Notes under the pieces: generated by a model
The model's database searches: none
What the model was told of the DNA's origin: nothing
Seen by the model: the letters and a program-made list of their open reading frames with translations, nothing else
Made by a program: the position numbers and the translations under genes
Part shown: in pieces, positions 23,442 to 38,212 of the stretch
How positions within the stretch are numbered: position 1 is the first letter of the stretch
How the letters are laid out: every line of letters begins with the position of its first letter
Assembly: GCA_012295275.1 (NCBI GenBank)
Contig: CM022667.1
Span: 19,034,001 to 19,098,000 of the forward strand
Direction: 5' to 3'
Length of the DNA stretch: 64,000 nucleotides
Origin: Chrysomallon squamiferum
Lineage: Eukaryota > Animalia > Mollusca

Positions 23442-23845
23442 ATGGCGACCGACGCTGTGTATAAACCTGGTTATGTTGGGGAAACCAAGAATTTACTTCG
23501 TGAAGGTGGGATTTGTAGATTGCTTTTCAAATAGAAATGTATTGATAAATCTCCATGTATATTGACGTCCAATATTAAATATTGTTACGCACATTTAAAT
23601 ATAATCTTTTTATATTTTTATTGGTTGAAGTGCGATAACAAGTTGGGTCAAGTGGGGTGCCCTAAGGACAAGTACTAGTTCTAAAGGAAAAATGATACAG
23701 AATTAATATATTTATAATTTAAGTAAATTGTCAGTAAACAAAACATGAAAAATTTGTTGATATGCAATTAAATTTTAATATAATATTTATTTTGCTTTAA
23801 ATAAATTAAATATAAATTTCCTCTCATTAGTTTTTGAACTTTTTT

Positions 23846-23896
<51 letters not shown>

Positions 23897-23933
23897 GCAT
23901 TAATATTGTTAATTTTTCATTCATTCATAGTAA

Positions 23934-24029
<96 letters not shown>

Positions 24030-24577
24030 TTCATTCATTCATTCATTCATATAACATTTATTGTGTTTCTTGTTTCATTTTTTCATTAATAAAATATTTT
24101 ACTTTTACTTTAGGTCATGGAGTTTATATTTATGAGAACCAGTATTTCCGATATGAAGGAACATGGAAAAATGGGAAAAAACATGGTAGCATAAAAATAT
24201 TTTGTTTATGTTCTTTTCTAGTTCACATTAATAAAGTCTAAACAGATATTCTGTATTATTTCAAAATTCAAACAACATTTCAAAACATCTTACAATTGTA
24301 TTTATCGTATTATATAATCACAGTAGTTAGGTTACTAAGGAAAAGTAGGTCTTTCTATCAATCCTCTTCAAGTTTCAGCTTTGTTATTTGCTGTCAAAAC
24401 CAGTGCCATGAAACTGTAATATTCTCTATTCATATTAAAACCATTTCTATGCAGCCTCTACATTTCACATTCCACATATGTGACACATTATAACTGTTAT
24501 TATAAATATCTTATGAGTACCATTAATATTCATTAATTTTATAATTAATTATTTTTTTAAATTCATTTTTATTTGTT

Positions 24578-24612
<35 letters not shown>

Positions 24613-25350
24613 TATATTTATTTATTTATTTATTTTAAGGCAGTTTACAGGTAAATAAGTATATAATTTAAATATTAATTTTATAAAGCACTTTAATTTG
24701 ATAAAGTAATTTTTAAATATATGTATATATATATATATATATATTAAAGACAATTTGTATGTAAATAATTATATAACTCCAACAATTATATAATTCAGTT
24801 ATTAATTTTATGAAATATATTAATTTGAAGCAGTGCATAATTTAACCTCTATATTAATTTTATAAAGCACTTAAAATCGAGAAAGTTAATTTATAAATAA
24901 AATACATTTCTGAAGGTCATGGCAAACTGCTGATGCAGGATGGCACATTCTATGAAGGTCAGTTTATTAATGGGGAAATAACTGGACATGGTTACAAATT
25001 CTTTGCTGCAACCAAGGCCAGATACACAGGGCAGTTTTTAAATGGGGAACTTGAAGGTTATGGAATTATGCATTATGATGATGGGACCCAATATGAGGGA
25101 GAGTGGCATCAAAACAGAAAAACAGGTATATTAGATTAACAAGGATATCTTTAACTTTTTATATTTTCTTATAGTAAATGTATTTATTTATTTATTTATT
25201 TATTTAATTACATTATTTAATTTTTTATTATATATTTATGGGGCAATAAAACAAATATGTAATGATGATATTTATTTTCAGAATGTTTCACAATTTGTTT
25301 ATTATTAAGGCTGGAGTTGTTAGTTCATAAAGTAAAATGTTTACAAACAT

Positions 25351-25387
<37 letters not shown>

Positions 25388-27582
25388 AAGTGATAAACAA
25401 AACAAAAAATATTTCAATTAATTTTATTTCAATTAATATTTTATTTTTATCAGATCACTGTGTACATGTTTATTTATTTATTTATTTTTTTATTTATTAT
25501 TATTACAATTTAAAAAACATATTTATTTTTACTTCAGGTATGGGTGTTATGAAACTTGCAGAAGGAACTTACAAAGGCTGTTTTCAAGCTCATCGAAGAA
25601 ATGGCCAGGGTTCATTGGCTTATGAGTAAGTACAACATCTATGTGTATTTATTTTAACACAGTAAACATTTCTTAGTGTTCATTTGTTTCTAAAACCACA
25701 GATTTTGTATGAGGTATGTTTTTAAAAAAAAAAATCATAGTGTAATATAATACTTTCACTTTTTTTTTAAATATCCATACCAAAAAGTAACCGGACTTTG
25801 AAATATATCTGTATTTAGATTGATTTCATTTGTCACATTTTCATTTTTACCAAGTACTAGATATTTTTATTATCTGTGTAATTAATATTAGTTAGTGTTG
25901 TGTGATGTCTATTTCTGTTTGAATTAATTATTGTTTTAAAATTTATTTCCAATTGTAAAGAAATAATAATAATAATGAATGATGATGATGATGATGATGA
26001 TAAAGATGATTATAATGATGATGATGATGTTGATGATGTTATATTTGAGTAATTAACATTGTTTTGTTACCAAATTAAACTTGTAATTTGTATTATATTT
26101 GTATAATTGATGATAATGAAAAAATTAAAAAATAATTTTTAAAAAATTAAATCTTTTAATATTTCTACCTAGAATATAACTTGGACTGGATTTTGATTTC
26201 TATTGCTCATTTTTCATTTTAAATTTTAAGTCCATTTATTTACATTTTATTAGATATGCTGCTGCATAGATATGTAACTGTTTGCATATGAATTAACAAT
26301 GAAAACTTTTTTTTAACATAAATTGATGGTAGCACTTCATTAACATTCTTACTCCTCATCTCCAGTGTAGCATGATTATTTTTAATTTTACAATTCTGTA
26401 AAAAAAAAAGAAGAAAAAGGAAAACATTTGTTTTTCATATAAGTCCAGAAATAAAATAATAACTTCACAGTATAAATAATTTATTGAGATCATTTATTTA
26501 TATAAGTATAATAGTATCACTAAAGATGCATTAAAAAATATATTGAAAATAAAATAAAACATATTAAACTCATTAAGATAATATGTCCATTAATTTGGTT
26601 TATTGAAAAGTTTGTTATAACAACACAATTCTGTCTTGTGTATTAATTATGGATTATTATTAACACCATCATCACATTATTATCATCATCATCATCAACA
26701 TCAGTATTATTATCATCATCATCAGGTATTTACTTAGTGAATAGATTAATGAGGTTTCTCTGTGTTTTTAGAATTAATTAGTTTATGTAGGCTACACCTG
26801 ACTAACAGTATTAATCAAGGATTATTGAAATTAATGAACTACAAAATAAATATATTATTAAATCAGAAAAGAAAAGAAAAAAGAAACCTGCTGAAAATCA
26901 AATTAATGTGAAAAACATGTAACTTTCTATACAAGACAACAACTAAAGAAAAAATAAAGGAGTTATGTGACATTTTATTTAAAAATTGTTTTAAAAAGAT
27001 TGAAAATCAGTATGAAAGTTTTGCAAGTATAAATAATAAAAGTGAAATTAAAAGAAACCATAATAATATAGTAATAATAAAACTAGTAGTAGCAATCTAA
27101 TAATAATAGTAATAATAAAACTAGTAGTAGCAGTTCTAATAATAATAGTAATAACAGTAATATTAATAACAACAATTTATGTATTTGTTAATGATGGATT
27201 TTTTGAAAACTTTGTTGCACATATATTGTGTGGTATGTTATCTACTTTTTCACAAATGCAGTAGTACATAACAAAAACTAGATATTGTAAAGTTTTATAA
27301 AACTGTCATTCAACAAGTTGATGAATTATTTATATTAAAGACATTACAGAAATTATAAAATTATGTAATAATTATGAATGTTCTAATTGTGTGATGTTTT
27401 TCTTTGAAGGAATGTATATAAAACTCTCAGGTATTTGTAATACTATGGTAAACTTTATATATGCTTGTTGCTAGCTTTTTCAACCCACAAATATCCTAAC
27501 CTTACCCTCTCCTCTCCCAGTTAGTGCATGTCCATTTTGTTTTTGTTGTAATGTACAAATCATACATATCAAGTTATCATTA

Positions 27583-27634
<52 letters not shown>

Positions 27635-30600
27635 AATGTAAAAACAAATTAAAAAAAATAAAATGAATTCAATTATATTTATAATATTTGGCAACATTTT
27701 ATTTCTATCTGTGTAAATTATTTTTATGATACAAAAAACAAAACAAAAACAAACAAACATAACATGCACAAAAACAAAAAAAACAAAAAATAACAAGAAA
27801 CAACAACAACATCCACATCAGCCCCCCCCAAAAAAGAAAACAATGATGATGAATGTAACATTTCAAATTGTTTTGTTAGCACAATCTAATATTGGTCCTC
27901 AATTTCTTTTTCCAAGTTAGTAAATATTCAAAAACAATAATATGTTGCAAATATTCATTAGTTTGGTATCCTAATTTATTTTATTTCAAAACTCTCATGA
28001 GTAAAAAAAAAAAAAAAAAAAATGTGATTCAACATCTAATGATTTAGTTAGAAAAAAAATGAATTAAAAAGTTAAATAATTAAGAATGTGAAATAGTTTT
28101 CTTAAATTCAACCCACACAGAAAAAAGAAACCAAAAGGAGTATTTTGAAATAAAGAATAAAAAGTAAAAAAAATAAAATTGATATCATATATATTTATTT
28201 ATTGACACCAGAATGTATCTATTTAATATTTGCATGTAAACACATTACTTAATTTACAATTCTAATGTAAACTTCCACAAGGCACATACCTGCATGTTAG
28301 ATCTTCCCGGATAAAATTATGTAAAAGCAGACTCTCCCCATTTTATTTATTTATTTATCTAAATGTTTTGATAAAATAGCAATTTAATTGCCACAGTTAC
28401 TTAGAAAACCTAATATATAAACACACACACACACACACACACATTTATATAAAATAACAAGAAATGTAAAGTAAGTAAAATTATTGAATAAACTATTCAG
28501 AAACTAAAAAAAGTAGAGTTTATTATCTAAATAAAAGTGGCACTATAGCTTTCATTTTTCATAAACACTAAAGTTAAGAAATCTTTAAAAAAATTATTTG
28601 TTAAAAAAAAAAGTAATAAATAATAATAATAATAAAAAAAATCTAAGAAAATGAAATAAATTGATAAGTAAATAAATACACAATAAACTGTGTCAGTCAA
28701 TTAGAACTGAAGAAACAAGTTTTTAGATTGTTGTATTTAAGTTTAATTTTTGATACATGCTGAATTAAGATATGAATAATTTGTTTTTGAATTATAATAA
28801 GTATTATTTTATAAGTTACTAATTCATTAGCAAGTCTGTTGTTGAAAAGAGAGTGTCTGCTTTTTTTGCTTGTTTTATAATGCATCTTTACAAATGTTAT
28901 TCCCTAAATACTGCTTATAATAGTGTGGTAACCTTTGTCTATCATTTAACATGTTATATGTTTTGTAGAATATATCATCCTTTATAGCCTATTGTTTAGT
29001 TTATGTATACTTAGACTTAGTTGTACGGAAATAGTTTTTTGTTTTGTATATCATATATAAACAAATTACTTAAATTTTGTCATTTTATTTTTACAATCTT
29101 AACTTGGTACTTGACTTATAATTTTTTTTTTTTTTTATCAAGAACTTCTACAAGAAATAAATACTAACTGATTATAGATATATCTAGTCATAATGAAATG
29201 GTAGTAACTGAGACAAATATTTATATCATACAAATTTTCATTCTGCTTTTTGTACATTGTTATATTTTCATAAAGAGTGGTAAATGTGTGGTTTGTCCAA
29301 AGCACAAATTATTCATACTAAAACACAGCTGATACAAGTAAACAGCTGACTAGGTTTTGGTTATTTGTTGTAAATTAACTATGTGAGGGAAAACTACTAA
29401 TTCATGTTGCATGTTAAAAAGGTGATGGTGCATGACAGAGTATTGTGTTTTGTGTGTGTTTGTCACTCATAAAGGCTGCCTAATGTTTTGTTATTAACCC
29501 TTATAAAAAAAAATAAAAAATAAAATAAATATAAATAAATGAAAGTAAAAGATAAATTAAAATTAAAAATTAATTATGTTAATTCAGTATAAAATAATAC
29601 ATTTAAATTTTATTATTTTTAATTTAATTTTTATTTTTTTAAAGTATAATTGTAAAATGCAATGATTGTTTGGCACCATTTTCTCCCAAATTACATATGA
29701 ATATTAATTACTGTTTAATTAATGAGTTCATGTTTTAAATTAATTTAATGAGATGTAATTTAGAGAAATAATTGATTTTCATTTAATTTTTATTTTAATT
29801 TCATTATCATTATTTTATTTGTAGAAATGGTGACTACTATAAAGGTTATTGGGTCATGGACAAGAGACAAGGTCATGGCCGTCTTGTGTGTGCTGATGGT
29901 ACAGTGTATGAGGTATGGTACAGTTAGTAGTATCATTGTGTCTGTATCTGCAGTCAAATGTATGTTTCATATGAGTGTATCAGTTTGTGCATTATATATA
30001 GATATGTCCAAGTGTATGTTTGTTTTTATGTGCTGATGTATTTTTAGTTGTCTGTATGTTTTATTTTGTTAGATGCATTTAGTTGTGTATGTTCATGTGT
30101 CTGTATTGTCAAATGTATTTTAATTGTGTTTATGCATGTGTTTGTATGAAGAGATGTGTTTTTGCGTATGTGTGTGTTTGTGTGTTTGTGTGTAATGTGT
30201 GTGTTTGTTTGTGTGTCAGCTTTAAACTATCTAAACAAAATATAATTTTTTCTTTCTGTCTTTTTTTTTCTCTCTTTCTTTCTATATTTTTATTTTATTT
30301 TATTATTATTATTATTATAATTATTTTTTTTTTTTTTACCTGTGTGCTATTGTAAAATGCAGGTTAAAACAAACAGTGTGACATGTATTTCAGGGCCAGT
30401 GGTACAATGACTTGTTTCACGGGGATGGTTTCATGGAGCATGCGTCTGGGATCCTGTACTCGGGCCAGTGGGTGAACGGCTTGCCTGTGAGGATGGCAGC
30501 AAAGATAGTCATAACTAACGAAACCTCCGAGATCGATATCAAACAGGGCGAAACCTTCTCCATCTCCGTGGAGGTGAGAGATGGAGCAGATGAATTAGTA

Positions 30601-31759
30601 GAAGGTAAATAAATAAAGAAACAAGTGCATCCACACACACACACACGCATGCACACACATCCATACCCACTCTTACCCATACCCATACCAACACACATAC
30701 ATAAACACATGCATGCACACACAAACAAAGGACAATTCCACAAACAGATAATGATATATACACACATAAATATAATTATTTTTTTATTTTTTTATTTGCT
30801 TCACAAAATGTATTTTTCTATCATAACAGTGCTATATTCTTTGTTTTTTTAGATCAAGGGAGAGAACTACAGATCACTGCTGGTTTTAAATACTATGCTC
30901 CAGTTGGTGTAGGTGATTCTGCCTTGTTTGACATGATAGAAGACATGGAAGAAAAACCTATCAGTACACCATTGTATGTTGTTTTTTTTTTTTTATTAGA
31001 CATGTGTCAACAATGCTTTAAATGCGATGAAATCTTCAATGTTTTTGTGTATATTTTAACCTGATTAAACCTTAATAATTATGTAATAATAATGTTGAGT
31101 ATATATGTACTGAGCATTCAATTTAATATTATTTAAACAATGTTTTATGCTAAGGATTATTAATAATATTTTGATTTTTTTTAAAGTATATGTAAATGAT
31201 TTATTAATCTTTGAATTTTTTTATTTGTTCCACTGATATGTCAGGAAAGTATCTTTTATGTTTACAATGAGAGAAAAACACACATCACAATCCTGCAAAT
31301 GAAAATTATTGCCTTAGCAACTGTTAAAATATATTCATGTAATATTTTAAAGTCATCACTTTAGACATACAAATTTTTGTTTAGTTTTATTAAAACTGTG
31401 GTTATTATTTTATTTGCTAATGACAGCAGTGTTTTAATTTAAAATAACATGAATGCAGACAAATTAATTTTAATTCAAAACATTTTAATCGCCAATAGCT
31501 TTAGTGGAAAATAATTTTTTGGCTCAAATGAATATTCAGACCAAGCAGGAGAAATTTGTATGTCAGAAAAACGGAGTGTGTAATGCACCAATACATGTCT
31601 GCTGAATAACATATAAATAAATAAATAATTATTATGTTTAATTAAAATAAAAAATATATGTAGATATGAGTTTGTGGAATTGTCTATTTTGTGTGTATCT
31701 GTGTGTGTGTTTATGTGTGTGTGTTGTTTGTGTGTGTATATGTGTTCTGTGTTGTGTGT

Positions 31760-31830
<71 letters not shown>

Positions 31831-31879
31831 TGTGTGTCTGTGCGTGTCTGTGCATGTGTCTGTGTGTGTGTGTGTGTGT

Positions 31880-31916
<37 letters not shown>

Positions 31917-31935
31917 TGTGCGTGTGTCTGTGCAT

Positions 31936-32022
<87 letters not shown>

Positions 32023-32061
32023 TGTGTGTCTGTGTGTGTGTGTGTGTGTGTGTCTGTGTGT

Positions 32062-32110
<49 letters not shown>

Positions 32111-32169
32111 TGTGTGTGTGTGTGTGTGTTACTGTGTGTCTGTGTGTGAGTGTGTGTGTGGGTGATTGT

Positions 32170-32222
<53 letters not shown>

Positions 32223-35200
32223 CATGTGTCTGTGTGTGAATGTGTGTGTGTTTATGTGTGCCGGTGTCTTTAACTGAACTATGATTTATTTCGCAGTGGC
32301 TATGACATTGTGCCCTACCCACTGACAGACCAGCCTCTAGAAGAGGAGAAACCCTTTAAGTTGGAAGAAGGTGAAGTAGATGTTGTCCAAATTACAGATG
32401 TTGTCCAAATTTCAGATGTTCTCGAAATTGATGGTGAAAAAACATTTAACTAGATTTCTCACTGAGTGGCAGGCACAATGGTTGTTTTAAACAAATCACT
32501 GAGAATAATAATAAAACAAATATATATATATATTATTTATTCACAATTTTTACTGTGATTACATTTACAGAAGATGTCACTGAAAAATAACCATGTCACA
32601 CCTTCATGGAACGTTTTGTTTGTTTTGGTTCACAACAGCACTAGAATATAGTGAATAATCATTTTCTACCTAAGTTTTATTTATTTATTTACTTTCCTGT
32701 AAGCACATATTCAAGAACTTCACAACTAGAGAACGTTTTTGCTTATTTGAATAATTTGCTTATTATCAGTTATGGAATATCAAACTTTTAAATATTTTAA
32801 ATCTAATTTAATTTTGAGATATTTATCTGACAGGTTCCTTGCACAACGTATATCATGACTTTCACCTGAACGGAACATGATACTTGATTAATATTTGTGT
32901 GAAGTTGTCTCAAAATAATGCTACAGAATTAAAAAAAAAAATATATATATATAAAATAAAACATATTAGTTATCAAAGACATGCATTTTACAGAAATAAT
33001 CTGAAAGTTCTGAAAGAAAGTGAAAAAAAAGTAAAATAAATGAACAAAACGTGTTACTGCTTCTTGACAGAGAACAACAATTATTTTTTACTCTATAAAC
33101 AACATTTAAAAAAAAAAAACTTAGTTCATAGCCTACAGTGAACCAGATCATGATTCTTTCTGGTTAACAAACAACCTCTGAGATTGAGGAATGAAAAATT
33201 CTGTTTTACAGAAAGCAAGAGTTCAGAAAGGGGAGACAGCGAAGAGAAGTCGGAAGTGACGTCAAAGAGCCAGCAGGAGAGCAGTGAGAGCAAGAAGAGT
33301 GAGCAGGTGAAGAGTGAGCAGGTGCAGAGTGAGTCCACGAAGGAGGAGCACCCCACTGACTCGATGGATGGAAAGAAGGAGGATGCAGCAAAGAAGGAGG
33401 AAGAAAAGAAAGAGGTCGAGAAGTTGTCGGAAAGCGGCCGGAACGAATCACCTGCCTTAAGTGAAGCAGGTTCGTGACCGGTGTGATTCACGTTTGTACT
33501 CGTAACCACAGGCAACCTGCTCATCCTCAAGAGACAACTTGCTTGTCCCTCTCTCTCTCTGTCTCTCTCTACCTTGTTTATATGCTCTGCTTGACTCTGT
33601 GTCTGTCAGTCTGTTCACTTGCCCATATGTCTGTTATTATTGTTCTGTCATTCTGTCCATCATTCTCTAATGTTTGTAAGACGTGTTTTAGCTCCAGAGT
33701 CATGTGCAAGTAAAGTTGAGCTATTTGCAGAGGGCGTCAGCACCAACGTCAAAGCTCCCGTGGTGTCAAAGCCACTGCCTCCCCCGGTCAGCAACAAGAG
33801 AACAGGTAACGGGAAGTGCTCCTGGGAGAGCCTCCGCCTAGCCCCGCCTCCGCCCATGTACAGACCCTTTCTTGTGATGGAGCAAGTGGAGAAAAGCAGA
33901 AATAAAATTAAGAAGGACAAAAGTTTCTCTAAACAAGGTAATTTCAGTAATATCTGAATTTTATGTTGGTTTTTGTGTATTTGTTTGCTAAATAGAGAAA
34001 ATATGAAAATTATCATTGTTATCAATACCATTATTACTATTATTATTATTGTTATTATTATTATTATTATTATTGTTATTGTTGTTGTTGTATTTGTTGT
34101 TATTAGAATTTTTATTAGAGATGTTGTTTTTATTGTTATCATTATAACCACTATTATAATTATTTTCATGTTCATCATAATTATTAGCAAATTTTAAATA
34201 AATATTGTTTATTTGAGTTACATATATTACAGGTTCTTTTTATCAGATACACCTAAGTAAGAATATTTCCATTAAAAATGTGGGTCTTATTCCTGGTATC
34301 TGTATTTCATGACTTTCTACAAGAATTAAAAAAGAAAAAAAAAAAGGATTTTACTAAAATTGATAAAGGTTTTATTTGTTCATACACATCAGGTCTAGTT
34401 CATTTTGTATTAAAATATGTGTTGTTTCTTAAGCCAAATATATATTCATTTGTTATTTAATGATTATGTTTTCTAACAAAACAGTTGATTTGAACTGAAC
34501 AATTTTTAAATCACTTGATTGTTTTTCAGACTTAAAAGATGGATTGAAAGAAAGTACGTCTGAAATACTGACAGACGAAACACATGCACGGACAGGTAGA
34601 TTTTCATAAATTAAAATTAAAATTAAAATTAAGTAATAATAATAATAGTAAAAATGATAGTGCATAATGAAACATTTTTATAATGTTCCTGAAAGAAAAT
34701 CAGTACTACTAACATTGTTATACCTACATCTACTTCTGCTACTTCTACTACTGCAACTGCTTCTTTTTATAACTGAGATAATTTATAACTGTTTAAAAAC
34801 TATATTTTATTTAATAAACTAATATTTTAACATTAAACTTAAGAAAGGTTTTATAATTTTTTAAATTTTAAATCCTGTTTCAGAAAAAGGTTGAATCTGC
34901 GTTTTGAAACATTTGTATTTCAGGGGAATATGTAATAATGGTAACCGATGTGACAGACCCACCATTTTTGAATCACATACTTCAACCTGCTTTCATGCTG
35001 GTCAAACTGAGAAAACTCATAGTAAAGAAACCGCCAGTAAAGAAGACACTTAAACAAAAGTAGGTTGTCTCCCTTCTGTCAAGGGAGTTAATTAGCAATG
35101 TTAATGTGTTGTGTCCTGGAATCTGTGATGTTGAATCCTGTTTGTGTCACCCCCCACCCTGTGAAACAACCTGCATGTGTCTCCACCCTTACCCCCTAAC

Positions 35201-37122
35201 CCTCCTATCCACACCCTTTTTTTTTTTGAAGCTGAATGTATAACAGACATTGTTAAAAAAAACATTTTTAACAATATCAGAATCAAATCATTGACTGAAT
35301 ACACACACTCAAATACTGACTCTAACTTGAATCATTATTAATTCTGATACAGCCTTATGACTGTAACCACACACCATCTTAACAACTGCACCAAAGCATT
35401 TGTCGGAGGACAGCACTTAACAATGATAAACAGCAGAGAACATTCTGCTCTGTAAAAATGTTCTTTTTAACAAAGACCTATGTTTAATTCGTTTCACCAT
35501 GTGGATAATTCTAACTTTCTGGTATGTGGGATTATTAACATTTCATTTAGCTGTCTGCTAACTACTGTAACCTGCTGGAAAACTCTTTCACTGATTAATA
35601 ACTTGTATATTGGACCAGTAACTGTAACGTATGACGTGGAAATGAAGAAATTATTTAAACACAAACACAAAATTATGTATTTGTGTTTTATATATTACTG
35701 AGCAGCATGGATATTCAAGCTGTCTTCCAGTAAATTTTTGTTTTGTTTTTCTAGTGAAAATGTTATTTATTTATTTATTTATTTACAGATGGAATTTTAA
35801 TAATATTAATTTATTATCTAATGGATTTTTATAATTTTATATTTTTATAATATTTATACAAATATCTCATGTGTCAAAATAATTTATTTTTGTTGTTGTT
35901 GTTGTGTGGTGTTTTTGTTATATAGAATTAGTTTTGGATAAATATATAAAAAAAAAATTCAAGTCTCATGTTTAGATGTTTTTATTAAAACATTTTTAAT
36001 TGTCTACACCAGTTTTATAATACATTGAATTGTTTAATTTAAATAAACCAGTGCAGTCATACATGCACATATGCACAGACAGACAGACATACACACACAC
36101 ACACACACACTTCATATCTGCACATGCTAAACAGAGAAAAAAAAGTCAAATGAATATTGTTTCCATTTAGCATCATATGAATTAATTTTTATTGGAGAAA
36201 TATCTGTTTGTTTAAATTAACAAACAGACATATCTGATTCAAGACAGACATGAATAATCAGTTGTGTGAGTTTAATACAAGAGGGGAAACCTGCAGCTAC
36301 CTTTGTTTAGGCTCATCTTAGATTTACAGCCAGAGATTGTTTTCTTTAAATAGACAGGAAAACTCACACCACAGCCTTTAATAAATAAACCACTGGGCAC
36401 TGGCTGGAATGGAAAAATAGCCACCTAGTGGTGTTAGAAGTATTGATCCTGCAATCTGCCATCACTATTTCCCCTTGTAAAAAGAGGAATGTATTTAATT
36501 TTACTTGTATAATATTTAAGACAGACTGAATAATTCAGTTATAGTACAGAACAGAAATAATGTTTCATGAATTAATAACTAAATATTTAAAATTTATAAT
36601 TAAATATTAAAACTTTATAAAAAATAATTAATTCACCTTTTATAAATATATATATATATATAAAAAAAAAAAGGAATTACATTATATAATATTAGTAATG
36701 TCTGTTTTTTCTTGTGTGTAACATGAAGGAAAAAAAAAAAAAAGAAAAAACGTTGAACACTCTCCTGTAGTATTGTCTGTGCATGTTTGTAAATATATCA
36801 GCTTTTATTTAATCCTCTGTCTGTCAACTCTACTTGCTGCATGTGTAGTCGACGTTTACTAAACTATGTTGTGCACACTGTACTCATCTCACTGTCTGCA
36901 CTGTTCACTGACATTTGCAGAAAGAGTTTTATCAAAGCCAGAATTGCTCGGTAATGTACGTAACTTTATAATTTATTGTTCATAATACATGTACATAGAC
37001 ACACAGACAAACACACACACACACACACACACACATCCATACGTGCAAGCATACACTTGACTATTTTTAGTTAATTAATGTGTGTATATGTGTTTGTGTG
37101 TGTATCAGTGTGTGTGTGTGTT

Positions 37123-37168
<46 letters not shown>

Positions 37169-38212
37169 AAAATTAATTTTCATTCTTGTGTTTTTTATTT
37201 TAATTTTTTTTAAATATTATTATTTTTTTAAGTTATTATGTTTTACAGTTATAAAATATTATTCAATTTTTAATTTCAGTCATATTAGTTCAGTAGAAGT
37301 ACACCAAAAATGGCTTAATCTAAAACAAATTACAACAGAATTTTTTGTGATTGTTTCCAGTTAGGGGGTCACTCTGAATATCCACATATTTCAGACAGAA
37401 TCTGGAAGTGACTTAATTTGCATAAATTCAAAATGTCTCTCTGGAAAAGATTATTTTCTAAGCCTTACACCTAAGACCCTATAAATATATTACTGGCAGA
37501 TAGAAAAATGACAACAAAGATCCAAAATTTGCCTTCAGAATTTCTGTGTGGATTTCAAAGTGACCCCCAGCCCTTAATAAGAAACATTCATGAAACATTC
37601 TAATTCAGTTTGCTGTAGGTTAAAAAGTGTACTGGACTATAAAGCTGATGATGTCATATGTGTTGTCAGCCATATAAACTTTAAATTGGTTAAACAAAAT
37701 AAAATTGATATTTAAAGAAATTTGAAGGTAAAATTGTAAAATATAATGTCTACATATTTTTTAATTTATATAATTACACTTTGAAAACTATGTTTTTTTT
37801 GTTTGTTAATGTTGCTAGTTTTTGTTAAGTTGTTTTGTTTTTTATTACTATTTCTCTTTTAATTAAATTTTAAAGTGTTTTAATTAGCTATGGTAAGTAG
37901 TTTTACAAATATCATATTTCTAAATTAACTACTCAATTTTTAAATAGACAAATATTTGCATTTAGATTTTTACACAATTATTGTTTTCATGTTTATTTTT
38001 CTGTTTTCATTACATAAAAAGACAGTGTTTGTTCTTTTGTTATCAGTGTTGTACTGTTGTTGTTGTTGCTGTTGTTATTTTTCTGAAATTTATTTATTAC
38101 TGTTTTGAATTTTTGTTTGAAATGATGCCAGTGTGTTGTATTTTTCAGGTGGGACACATCAGACTTTATACTCCAGGCTTCTCGAAGAAGGCCTTCAGAT
38201 TCAGAAGGTTGA
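23442..38212 (+). CDS. MORN1: MORN repeat-containing protein 1. Exons 23442-23505, 24114-24185, 24916-25125, 25538-25625, 29825-29912, 30394-30604, 30853-30973, 32297-32370 (or 32433), 33212-33469, 33731-33937, 34530-34595, 34924-35059 (or stop at 35063), 38149-38212
   Basis: Tandem MORN repeats ([74 protein letters not shown]), then DQGRELQITAG, STPFGYDIVPYPL and GEYVIMVTDVTDPPFLNHILQPAF, which matches the remembered MORN1 C-terminal GEYVLMIRDVTTPPFLG..LPPAF. All introns GT-AG with consistent phases. The last exon is less certain. Confidence 0.92.
23850..24050. repeat. (AAT)n, (ATT)n and (ATTC)n microsatellites in MORN1 intron 1
   Basis: Direct inspection; these explain the poly-I/poly-L ORF at 23834. 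Confidence 0.93.
31690..32262. repeat. ~570-bp interrupted (TG)n microsatellite in MORN1 intron 7
   Basis: (TG)n with periodic TC/CG/CA interruptions; source of the THTH and CVCV ORFs. Confidence 0.97.
36280..36455 (-). mobile_element. Decayed SINE fragment (gastropod Nin-domain-like family)
   Basis: Reverse complement reads ggatcaat..ggctatttttccattccagccagtgcccagtggttt..aaaggctgtggtgtgagttttcctgtct..gcaggtttcccctc. Related pieces occur at 21100-21145, 39580-39655, 39805-39975 and 54295-54360. The family name is from memory. Confidence 0.6.

Noticed and set aside
31475-32322. Long THTH/CVCV ORFs of 126-203 aa
   Set aside because: Translations of the (TG)n microsatellite in MORN1 intron 7.
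33126-33530. 134-aa antisense ORF over MORN1 exon 9
   Set aside because: Shadow of a purine-rich coding exon; no independent support.
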